Of a stretch of 61,232 nucleotides of DNA, positions 43,532 through 53,460 are shown in pieces (the first letter of the stretch is position 1; each line of letters begins with the position of its first letter). A model generated the notes under the pieces. It saw only the letters and a program-made list of their open reading frames with translations, had not been told where the DNA came from and searched no databases. The translations under genes and the position numbers were made by a program. The DNA is from Candidatus Latescibacterota bacterium. GTDB lineage: Bacteria > Latescibacterota > UBA2968 > UBA8231. The DNA is taken from positions 1 to 61,232 of the forward strand of contig JAPYQE010000007.1 of the NCBI GenBank assembly GCA_029941315.1, written 5' to 3'.

Positions 43532-44196
43532 TCGACCCCGTGCAACGCTTAGTCTTCCGCGGCCAAATCCATCCGGGTCGCGAGGAAACCTTACAGGCCG
43601 CCCTGCCCAACTTGCAAACCATCCTGGCCCAACGCGTCGCAGCCGACGATATCCTCACGCTGAGCCTTTTCATGTGGCACCAGCATATTTTCCTCTACTA
43701 CGAGTGCCCCGGCGACCCTATCGCGCCAATTGACCTGGTCGGCGATATCGATTCCACCCTGGCCCTATCCACCTCGCGCGTTTGGGCACCAATGATGGAT
43801 ATCTTCCACTTCAACCGCCCACAAAGTCTCGAACACTGGCGCCGCGACACGCCCCCTGAGGCCTGCACTGCGCGCGTGGTCTACCTGCGGCCCGAAATGG
43901 TCAGCAGCTACATCTTTTTACACTATCAAATGCAAGAAGAAACACCGGGTGCCGGCGATAAATACGGCCAGATTTCGCTACACGAGAACCTGCTATTCTT
44001 TTATATGGAGCAACCGGCGACGAATGAAGCCGCCCAGCACGAGGGCCAACTCAAGACTACGCATACGCCGCCGAACTGGCACGAGGTGATGTTTCCACAT
44101 TTTCAGCCTTGGGATGATTTAGAGGAAAAAGGGGCATGGAAGTTGGCGGAAGGAAGTCAGTTGTGGCGGCCGATTGAGTTGCTTTGTAGCGTTTGA
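43528..44196 (+). CDS. hypothetical protein; two halves weakly resemble rhamnose-mutarotase/EthD-like alpha+beta barrels
   Basis: ATG at 43528 overlaps the upstream stop (ATGA). The internal duplication impression (..LSLFMWHQHIFLYYE.. / ..ISLHENLLFFYME..) is weak evidence only. Confidence 0.4.
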   Translation: MIDPVQRLVFRGQIHPGREETLQAALPNLQTILAQRVAADDILTLSLFMWHQHIFLYYECPGDPIAPIDLVGDIDSTLALSTSRVWAPMMDIFHFNRPQSLEHWRRDTPPEACTARVVYLRPEMVSSYIFLHYQMQEETPGAGDKYGQISLHENLLFFYMEQPATNEAAQHEGQLKTTHTPPNWHEVMFPHFQPWDDLEEKGAWKLAEGSQLWRPIELLCSV

Positions 44197-44219
44197 AAAC
44201 GGTAATGCGGGCAGCAGAC

Positions 44220-44353
44220 GGACCGTTGCGGGAGATTCCCCTTCGCTCATTCTCGCCTCACTTCCTGTGAGGCTCCGAGGGCTATCCTCAGATTTCACTT
44301 CCTGTGAAATCTGGGACAGCAAGCCGCTCAGGGGGAATCCCCCGCAACGGTCC
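44220..44353. repeat. copy 1 of a two-copy structured inverted-repeat element (candidate ncRNA or miniature element)
   Basis: A 22-bp closing inverted repeat with one mismatch encloses three hairpins: GCCTCAC-TTCCT-GTGAGGC, GAGG-GCTAT-CCTC and AGATTTCAC-TTCCT-GTGAAATCT. The core is homologous to the reverse complement of 51957-52047. Confidence 0.8.
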
Positions 44354-44768
44354 TCGGTCGTTTGAGTAATAATCGGTAAATTACCCTACGACATTCGAGA
44401 AAAGAAAAATTGAAACCCCAACTAATTTGGTTAATCCATAATTTTGCAGAAAAGAGAAGGACTCAGTTAGGTAATATTTATAAGCGATAGATTACCTTGA
44501 ATGTTCTTACCCTCCGCCGGAGCGGAGGCTCGGGGGTCTACCGTAGGGCAAAGCCTCCCAAAGGCCATCGGTTGAATTTTATCGCCCCGCTCCCGCTGCC
44601 CGTTAAGGTGGCTCTGCCACACCACCTAAGCGACCCTCCGCAAGCCTATAGGGCCGCCTTAGCTTTGCCCGAAGGCAGAGCCCTGAGCCGCAGCGTGAGA
44701 CGCACTCCGATATATGCACACAAAGGAAAAACACACACCTTAACCACCTCACAACAAAGGAGCTCACC

Positions 44769-45566
44769 ATGAGCCTATTTTCACTCGCAGGAAAAGTAGC
44801 CCTCGTCACCGGCGCCGGTCGCGGCATAGGCCGCGGCGTCGCCGAAGGCATGGGCGCCGCAGGAGCTACCGTCGTCTGTTCCGCCCGCACCCGCAGCCAA
44901 CTCGACGAAGCCGTCACCGCCATCGAAGCCGCCGGCGGCAAAGCCATAGCGCTCGAAATGGATATGTCAGACCTCGCGGCGATGGACGCCGGCATTGCCT
45001 CTATCACCGAGCAATGCGGACCGATCGACATCCTCTTCAACAACGCCGGCATGAACATCCGCCAGCCCATCGTCGAAGTCACCGAAGAAAATTACGACCA
45101 GATCATGTCGGTCAACCTCAAAGGGCTTTATTTTCTTAGCCAAAAAGTCGGCCAACAGATGATCGACCGCGGCGAGGGCGGCAAGATCATCAATATCGGC
45201 TCGTTGACTACCGGCTACGCCCTAGCCAAGGTTTCGGTCTACACCGCCACCAAGGGCGCCGTCGGCCAACTCACCAAAGGCCAAGCCGTCGAATTCGGCC
45301 CGCACAATATCCAGGTCAACGCTATTTGCCCCGGATTCATCCTCACTTCGTTAACCGAAAAAATGTGGGCCGACGCGAATATGCGCACCTGGGGCGAACA
45401 GCGCGTAGCGCTCAATCGCCTGGGCACGCCTGAGGATCTGGTCGGCACCGCCGTCTACCTCGCCGCGTCCGCCTCCGACTACGTCAGCGGGCAATGCATT
45501 TATGTCGACGGCGGTTTTATGGCCGGCGACGATTGGCCCTTGCCGCCGGTGGCTGCCAGCAAATAA
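44769..45566 (+). CDS. SDR-family oxidoreductase (KduD/gluconate-5-dehydrogenase-like)
   Basis: AGGAG Shine-Dalgarno 7 nt upstream. LVTGAGRGIGRG, NNAG and YTATKGAV. Confidence 0.88.
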   Translation: MSLFSLAGKVALVTGAGRGIGRGVAEGMGAAGATVVCSARTRSQLDEAVTAIEAAGGKAIALEMDMSDLAAMDAGIASITEQCGPIDILFNNAGMNIRQPIVEVTEENYDQIMSVNLKGLYFLSQKVGQQMIDRGEGGKIINIGSLTTGYALAKVSVYTATKGAVGQLTKGQAVEFGPHNIQVNAICPGFILTSLTEKMWADANMRTWGEQRVALNRLGTPEDLVGTAVYLAASASDYVSGQCIYVDGGFMAGDDWPLPPVAASK

Positions 45567-45593
45567 CCACCCGAGCTATCTCGTTAACAAGAC

Positions 45594-45630
45594 AAAGGTC
45601 CGGTCAATATTGGCCGGACCTTTGTTGTTG
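45594..45630 (+). terminator. intrinsic terminator after the SDR gene
   Basis: AAAGGTCCGGTCA-ATAT-TGGCCGGACCTTT forms a stem of about 13 bp including one G-T, followed by GTTGTTG. Confidence 0.6.
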
Positions 45631-45693
45631 TCGGTAGCACGAGCCGACCTAGGTCACCAGCAGGATTTTGCCCTTTATGTAAGGAGTTCCACC

Positions 45694-46275
45694 ATCAAGA
45701 AAGTCACCCTCATCAAACAACGCCGGCTGCTGGACGCCTTTTTTAAAGTCGACGAAGCCGTGCTGCGCCACGAACGCTTCGACGGCTCGTTGAGCCCCGA
45801 GTTAAACCGCCTCTGCTTGGAACGGGGGGACGGCGTCACCGCGCTGCTCTACCAACCGCAAAGCGACAGTCTGGTGCTGGTGCGCCAGTTCCGCTACCCG
45901 GCCTGGGTGCGGCAGGGGCCAGGCTGGATACTCGAAACCGTCGCCGGCATGCTCGACAAGGCCGAAGCCCCGCAAGAGACGATGCGCCGCGAGATTCTCG
46001 AAGAAACAGGATACCAAGTCTGCAACCTGCAACACGTCTCCACTTTTTATCTTACCCCGGGCGGCTCTTCCGAGCGCATATTTCTCTACTATGGCGAAGT
46101 TGCAGTGGACGAGCGCCGCGAACCAGGCGGCGGGTTAGCAGACGAGAACGAGGATATCGAGGTCATCGAAATCGCCGTCGATGACGCCTTTGCCGCCGTC
46201 GACCAGGGCGAAATTGTCGACGCCAAGACCCTAATCGCCCTGATGTGGTTCAGAAACCGTCGGCTGCAGACTTGA
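45694..46275 (+). CDS. NUDIX hydrolase (ADP-ribose/NDP-sugar pyrophosphatase-like); start codon uncertain
   Basis: Nudix box GMLDKAEAPQETMRREILEETGY. The upstream in-frame ATG (45502) lies inside the SDR gene and before the terminator. The only start-like codon with a good Shine-Dalgarno (AAGGAG, 7-nt spacer) is ATC at 45694. Confidence 0.7.
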   Translation: MKKVTLIKQRRLLDAFFKVDEAVLRHERFDGSLSPELNRLCLERGDGVTALLYQPQSDSLVLVRQFRYPAWVRQGPGWILETVAGMLDKAEAPQETMRREILEETGYQVCNLQHVSTFYLTPGGSSERIFLYYGEVAVDERREPGGGLADENEDIEVIEIAVDDAFAAVDQGEIVDAKTLIALMWFRNRRLQT

Positions 46276-46349
46276 AAGCCGGGCGGCTTTGCAATATTAT
46301 TCATAACGCCAAAGAACATATCCCCACCTATTAGCCAGGAGTTATCGGC

Positions 46350-48317
<1,968 letters not shown>

Positions 48318-48337
48318 CATCGCCTTACCAAGTAGTT

Positions 48338-48380
48338 GGGCCGGCGGGAAGCATTCTATCCCGCCGACCCTTTTTCTTTT
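48338..48380 (+). terminator. intrinsic terminator after acs
   Basis: GGGCCGGCGGGA-loop-TCCCGCCGACCC followed by TTTTTCTTTT. The next gene's Shine-Dalgarno (GGAG) follows immediately. Confidence 0.65.
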
Positions 48381-48388
48381 GGAGACCT

Positions 48389-50347
48389 ATGAACATTCGC
48401 TTTGACTCCACATTGACCCGCGATCTCGCACACGCCACCAGCCGCGAATGGCTCGAAAGCAATGGCCTCGGCGGCTGGTCCTCCTCGACAATCAGCGGCG
48501 CCCATACCCGGCGCTACCACGGCCTGTTGGTCGTCGCCACACATCCGCCGGTCGGCCGAGTCGTGCTGCTCTCGCACCTCGACGAAACACTGGTTTTCGA
48601 CCATAATCGCCTCGAATTGGGCTGCGGTATCTTCCCCGGCGCCGTGCACCCGCAAGGACACCAATCGCTGCATTCCTTCGCGCTCAGCCCCGTGCCGACC
48701 TGGACCTACGCCAACAGCGATTTCACCTTGCACAAACGCCTGGCGATGCTCGACGGCGAGCACACCGTCGTCGTCTGCTACGAACTCGAACGCGCCCCCG
48801 GCCCGATGTACCTCGAACTGCGCCCCTTCTTTGCCGGTCGCGACTACCACTACCTGATGCAAGCCAACGACGGCGTCGCACAAACCGCCGACTTCGCCGC
48901 CGAGACGCTATCCTACCGCCCCTATCCCGACCAGCCCACTGCCCATATCAACGCCGCCGCTGCAAACTGGCAAGCCGCACCCGACTGGCACTACAATTTC
49001 CAGTACCCGCGCGAAGAAGAACGTGGGCTCGACACCAGCGAGGACCTCTTCGCCCCGGGCCATTTGAGCATCCGACTCGAACCCGGCAGCACCTTGGGGG
49101 TCGCTATCTCTATCGCACCTTGCGACCGCGACCCCGTTGCACTGCTCGAAGCCGAGATCACCCGCCGACAAAACATCTCCCGGCCTGCCGCAATCGCCGC
49201 CGATCCACTGCTGAGCCAATTGGCCATCGCCGCCGATCAGTTCCTCGTCCGCCGCGACGGCAACCTGCACACCATCCTCGCCGGCTACCACTGGTTCACC
49301 GACTGGGGCCGCGACACCATGATCGCCCTGCCCGGCATCTGCCTGGCCACCGGGCGCTACGCCGAAGCCAAGAATATCTTCCGCGCCTTCGCCGCCCATA
49401 TCAGCGAAGGCATGATCCCCAACCGCTTTCCCGACGTCGGCGAAGAGCCCGAATACAATACCGTCGACGCGACATTGTGGTTTTTCACCGCGCTCTACAA
49501 ATACCTGCAACAGACCCGCGATTACGCCTTTGCCCGCGAACTGTGGCCGGCTTTGCAAGATATCGTCGCCTGGCACCAGCGCGGCACTCGTTATCAAATC
49601 AAAGTAGATACAGACGGCCTGCTCAGCGCCGGCGAAGAGGGCGTGCAACTGACCTGGATGGACGCCAAAGTCGGCGACTGGGTCGTGACACCGCGCATCG
49701 GCAAACCCGTCGAGATCAACGCGCTCTGGTATAACGCGTTGAAAATAATGGGCCATTTGGCTACAGAATTCGCCGAAGAAACCGACTACGACACAAAAGC
49801 CGAGCGCGTGCACCACGCATTCAACCAGCAATTCTGGAACGAAGAATCCGGCTGCCTCTACGACCTCGTCACCCCCCAAGGCCCCGACCCCGCAATCCGC
49901 CCCAACCAACTCTTCGCCCTCTCACTGCCCTTTCCCCTGATCGAAGGAGAACGGGCGCGGCGCATGATAGCCGTCGCCGACGAGCACCTGCTCACCCCCC
50001 GCGGCCTGCGTAGCCTTTCACCGCAAGATCCCGCCTACCGCTCCCATTATCACGGCGACCCTTGGTCCCGCGACGGCGCCTACCACCAAGGCATCGTCTG
50101 GGGCTGGCTGATCGGTCCATTTATCACCGCGCTGTGCCGCGTGCACGGCGACGAGGGCCGCCAACGCGGTCGAGCTATTATCGAAGGCTTTGCGGACCAT
50201 TTACAGGAGGCGGGCTTGGGCTCGGTCTCCGAAATATTCGACGCCGAACCGCCTTTCGCCCCGCGCGGTTGCGTCGCGCAAGCCTGGAGCGTGGCCGAGT
50301 TATTGCGCGCGGGCGTCGAAGATGTGTTGGGGGAAAGCTCGCAATAA
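48389..50347 (+). CDS. amylo-alpha-1,6-glucosidase family glycogen-debranching enzyme (GDE_C type)
   Basis: TRRYHGLLV, GYHWFTDWGRDTMIALPG, LTWMDAKVGDWVVTPRIGKPVEINALWYNAL and AYHQGIVWGWLIGPF. Confidence 0.88.
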   Translation: MNIRFDSTLTRDLAHATSREWLESNGLGGWSSSTISGAHTRRYHGLLVVATHPPVGRVVLLSHLDETLVFDHNRLELGCGIFPGAVHPQGHQSLHSFALSPVPTWTYANSDFTLHKRLAMLDGEHTVVVCYELERAPGPMYLELRPFFAGRDYHYLMQANDGVAQTADFAAETLSYRPYPDQPTAHINAAAANWQAAPDWHYNFQYPREEERGLDTSEDLFAPGHLSIRLEPGSTLGVAISIAPCDRDPVALLEAEITRRQNISRPAAIAADPLLSQLAIAADQFLVRRDGNLHTILAGYHWFTDWGRDTMIALPGICLATGRYAEAKNIFRAFAAHISEGMIPNRFPDVGEEPEYNTVDATLWFFTALYKYLQQTRDYAFARELWPALQDIVAWHQRGTRYQIKVDTDGLLSAGEEGVQLTWMDAKVGDWVVTPRIGKPVEINALWYNALKIMGHLATEFAEETDYDTKAERVHHAFNQQFWNEESGCLYDLVTPQGPDPAIRPNQLFALSLPFPLIEGERARRMIAVADEHLLTPRGLRSLSPQDPAYRSHYHGDPWSRDGAYHQGIVWGWLIGPFITALCRVHGDEGRQRGRAIIEGFADHLQEAGLGSVSEIFDAEPPFAPRGCVAQAWSVAELLRAGVEDVLGESSQ

Positions 50348-50585
50348 AACCACAATGTCTACGATCAGCGGTCTTAAGTAGAGATAAGGGGGCGTTGCGC
50401 TTCGAGGGAAGCGGCGGAAAAGAGGATCAGTGCATAACAAAGGCGCGCGAGTCCCATGGAAAAACTCATAGTGTAAATATTCGGGGTATCGTATTTACAT
50501 CGTCAGTGGCATAAAGTGCATCATCATTACAGTTGTTTTTTCGAACGGGATTGCCTCGCGTTTTTCCAGCGCATGCGCAAAAGAA

Positions 50586-50786
50586 TTACGCGGCCGCTTC
50601 ATCCTGAAAAATGTCCTCTATCGACATGTTAAATAAGCGGGCCGCCTTAAACGCCAGCGGCAAACTTGGATCGAATTTCCCCTTTTCAATGGCATTGATG
50701 GTCTGCCGCGAAACCTCCAGGGCCGCGGCTAAATCCGCTTGCGTCCAATCCCGTTCCGCGCGCAACACCTTTAGGCGATTCTTCAT
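50586..50786 (-). CDS. XRE-family HTH transcriptional regulator (YozG-like, 66 aa)
   Basis: LKVLRAERDWTQADLAAALEVSRQTINAIEKGKFDPSLPLAFKAARLF. Confidence 0.9.
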   Translation of the reverse strand: MKNRLKVLRAERDWTQADLAAALEVSRQTINAIEKGKFDPSLPLAFKAARLFNMSIEDIFQDEAAA

Positions 50787-51205
50787 CGGTAGCGCCTGTT
50801 GCCGATAACCGTCCCAGCGAGATAGGTAAGGCCCATCAGCAGGATGAGATGTGATATCTCCGCGTCAGCGGCCATGAGATTGCTCTGATCCAGCAGCGAA
50901 TAGCTAAGACCGCAGACAAACCCGACCCCCAGTGATAACGCCATGGCCTCCAATTGGATCTTTTGCTGCATTTCATCCAAGCTTTGCAAGTGGTGTTTAT
51001 TCGCCAAAATGGTCGCCAAACCGATGGCCAAATTAATGAAAATTGCGCTCGCTGTTAATAGTGTATTATCATGCCATATGAATTGCGGGCCAAAACTCGC
51101 CAACGCCGTGGTCACAAGCCAAGCACCCGTGCAATAGCCGAGGCGAAGGGTATTCCTATTCACACGAGCGGCCCAATCGCCGGATTCTTTTACTTTTTCT
51201 TCCAT
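50783..51205 (-). CDS. small polytopic membrane protein co-transcribed with the XRE regulator (DUF2178-like arrangement)
   Basis: ATGA overlap with the regulator gene. Three or four hydrophobic helices. Confidence 0.6.
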   Translation of the reverse strand: MEEKVKESGDWAARVNRNTLRLGYCTGAWLVTTALASFGPQFIWHDNTLLTASAIFINLAIGLATILANKHHLQSLDEMQQKIQLEAMALSLGVGFVCGLSYSLLDQSNLMAADAEISHLILLMGLTYLAGTVIGNRRYR

Positions 51206-51358
51206 TAGTCTATCGTCCTTGTCATAATGTAAAGTATAGTTTACAAAAAGACTAAAATAAGCGACTTTCGCTTCATCCTAAGGCCATAGCTTGGCGGGAG
51301 GTCTACCATCCTTTAAATTGGCCTTGCGAACAGCTATCTTGCCAACATCCCTTCCGAT

Positions 51359-51907
51359 ATGGGCACGCCCATGACCGCCAAAGCTTCCGTCTTCATCGCC
51401 ACCAGCCTCGACGGTTTTATCGCCCGCCCAAACGGCGACCTCGACTGGCTGGACCAAGCCAATACCACGGTCACCGAAGGCGAGGATTGCGGCTACACAG
51501 CTTTTATGGACACCGTCGACATCCTAATAATGGGCCGCAACACCTATGAAAAAGTCCTCACCTTCGGCCCCTGGCCCTACGAAAAACCCGTCATCGTACT
51601 CAGCCGCAACCCCATCGATATCCCCACCGAACTGACCACCGTCACACACTCTTCCAAAACACCGCAAGCCCTGCATACCAGACTCTCCGCTGAAGGAGCC
51701 AAACGCCTCTATATCGACGGCGGGATCACTATCCAACGCTTCCTCGCCTCAGGTCTGATCACCGACCTAACCATCACCCTCATACCCGTAATCCTTGGCG
51801 AAGGCATCCCCCTTTTCAGCCCCCAACAACAAGACATTTCTCTGACCCACACCGAAACCATATCTTATCCCTTCGGTTTTGTGCAACTCAAATACAAGAC
51901 CTTATAA
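51359..51907 (+). CDS. dihydrofolate-reductase-like (RibD C-terminal domain) family protein
   Basis: VFIATSLDGFIARPNGDLDWL, ILIMGRNTYE and LYIDGG. Confidence 0.8.
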   Translation: MGTPMTAKASVFIATSLDGFIARPNGDLDWLDQANTTVTEGEDCGYTAFMDTVDILIMGRNTYEKVLTFGPWPYEKPVIVLSRNPIDIPTELTTVTHSSKTPQALHTRLSAEGAKRLYIDGGITIQRFLASGLITDLTITLIPVILGEGIPLFSPQQQDISLTHTETISYPFGFVQLKYKTL

Positions 51908-51935
51908 ACCTTCTTTTTATAGCGAATACACCGGA

Positions 51936-52068
51936 GGTCAGATCGAGGAATTTTACTGAGCGGCTTTGCTGTCCCCTGGAGCCACAGGATGTGGCGTAGG
52001 GGGATAGCCCTCGGAAGGCCACAGGAAGTGGCCTGAGAATGAGCGAAGTAAAATCCCTCGATCTGACC
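51936..52068. repeat. copy 2, inverted orientation, of the structured inverted-repeat element
   Basis: A 21-bp closing inverted repeat with one mismatch. Hairpins GCCAC-AGGAT-GTGGC, GGGG-ATAGC-CCTC and GGCCAC-AGGAA-GTGGCC. Conserved flanks CTGAGCGGCTTTGCTGTCCCC and GAGAATGAGCGAA. Confidence 0.8.
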
Positions 52069-52086
52069 GTCCCACACGGAGCACCC

Positions 52087-53448
52087 ATGCAAAAACCCAA
52101 TATCATCCTAATCAACTGCGACGACCTAGGCTACGGCGACCTAGCCTGCTACGGTTCCCCCGTCAATAAAACCCCCGCCCTCGACCGCATGGCCAAAGAA
52201 GGCATCCGCTTCACCGATTTCTACATGGCCTCCCCCGTCTGCTCGCCGTCTAGAGGCGCGATGCTCACCGGCTGTTACCCGCCGCGCATCGGCTTCGGCT
52301 CCTTCGACGGCAAATGGGTGCTCTTCCCCGGCATGCCCATCGGCCTCAACCCCAGCGAGACCACCACCGCGACCTTGCTCAAAGAAGCCGGTTACGCCAC
52401 CAAGATCGTCGGCAAATGGCACTGCGGCGACCAACCCGAATTCCTGCCGACACGCCACGGTTTCGATTCCTACTACGGCATCCCCTACTCCAACGACATG
52501 GGTCGGCAAAAGGAAGACGACGTCTACCCGCCGTTGCCGCTTTTGCGCGACGAAGAAGTGATACAGGCCCAGCCCGATCAACGCGGCATCACCGAGCGCT
52601 ATGTCGAAGAATCCGTGCGCTTTATCCGCGAAAACAAAGAAAAACCCTTCTTCCTCTACTTCGCCCATATGCACGTGCACCTGCCGCATTATCCGCCCGC
52701 GCGCTTCGTCGCCGAATCGGAAAACGGCGTCTACGGGGCGGCGGTCGCCGCCATCGACTGGGCCGCCGACGTGCTCTTCGACGAATTGCAAAGCCTCGGC
52801 CTAGACGACAACACCCTAGTCATCTTCACCAGCGACAACGGCTCCCGTGCACGCGACGAAGGCGGCAGCAACGCCCCATTGCGCAGTACCAAGGGCACTA
52901 CCTGGGAAGGCGGCCAACGCGTGCCCTGCATCATGCGTTGGCCCGGCGTGATCCCCGCCGGCACCGAGTGCAACGAGCTCGCGCTGTCGATGGACCTGCA
53001 TCCCACCCTGGCCGCTATCACCGGCGCTACCTTGCCCTCCGACCGCACCATCGACGGCAAGGACATTCGCCCGCTCATGCAGGCCGAAAAAGACGCAGAA
53101 AGCCCGCACGAGTCCTTTTTCTATTATAAACGCAATAGCATCGAAGCCGTGCGCAGCGGCCAATGGAAGTTGCATATCCGCAAGGACGACGAAGAGATAC
53201 AGCAGCTCTACAACCTCGAAAGCGACATCGGCGAAACCGAAAACCTCTACGAGCAGCACCCCGAAATCGTCGCCGATCTGCAAATAAAAATCGACGCCTG
53301 CCGCCGCGAACTCGGCGATGACGCCACGGGAATTTCTGGCGCGAACGTCCGCCCCATCGGCCGCGTCGAAAACCCCGACACCCTGACCCACTACGACCCC
53401 GAGCATCCTTATATGATCGCCCTCTACGATCTCAAGGAACGCGGTTAA
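52087..53448 (+). CDS. arylsulfatase-family sulfatase, no signal peptide
   Basis: Start moved to MQKPNIILINCDDLGYGD. CSPSRGAMLTG, GKWHCG and TSDNG. The upstream part of the listed ORF lies inside repeat copy 2. Confidence 0.9.
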   Translation: MQKPNIILINCDDLGYGDLACYGSPVNKTPALDRMAKEGIRFTDFYMASPVCSPSRGAMLTGCYPPRIGFGSFDGKWVLFPGMPIGLNPSETTTATLLKEAGYATKIVGKWHCGDQPEFLPTRHGFDSYYGIPYSNDMGRQKEDDVYPPLPLLRDEEVIQAQPDQRGITERYVEESVRFIRENKEKPFFLYFAHMHVHLPHYPPARFVAESENGVYGAAVAAIDWAADVLFDELQSLGLDDNTLVIFTSDNGSRARDEGGSNAPLRSTKGTTWEGGQRVPCIMRWPGVIPAGTECNELALSMDLHPTLAAITGATLPSDRTIDGKDIRPLMQAEKDAESPHESFFYYKRNSIEAVRSGQWKLHIRKDDEEIQQLYNLESDIGETENLYEQHPEIVADLQIKIDACRRELGDDATGISGANVRPIGRVENPDTLTHYDPEHPYMIALYDLKERG

Positions 53449-53460
53449 GGAGAGCCTACC

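Noticed and set aside
44220-44353. Interpreting the two-copy element as an integron attC site, a classical MITE or a REP/RAYT element
   Set aside because: No RYYYAAC/GTTRRRY attC ends and no integrase. In MITEs the terminal repeats are the conserved part, whereas here the termini diverge and the core is conserved. No GTAG-type REP head and no RAYT gene. Left unclassified.
44497-44772. 91-aa plus-strand ORF upstream of the SDR gene
   Set aside because: Arg/Pro/Ser-rich, no Shine-Dalgarno, and it runs into the SDR start. The region is better explained as a structured leader (see findings).
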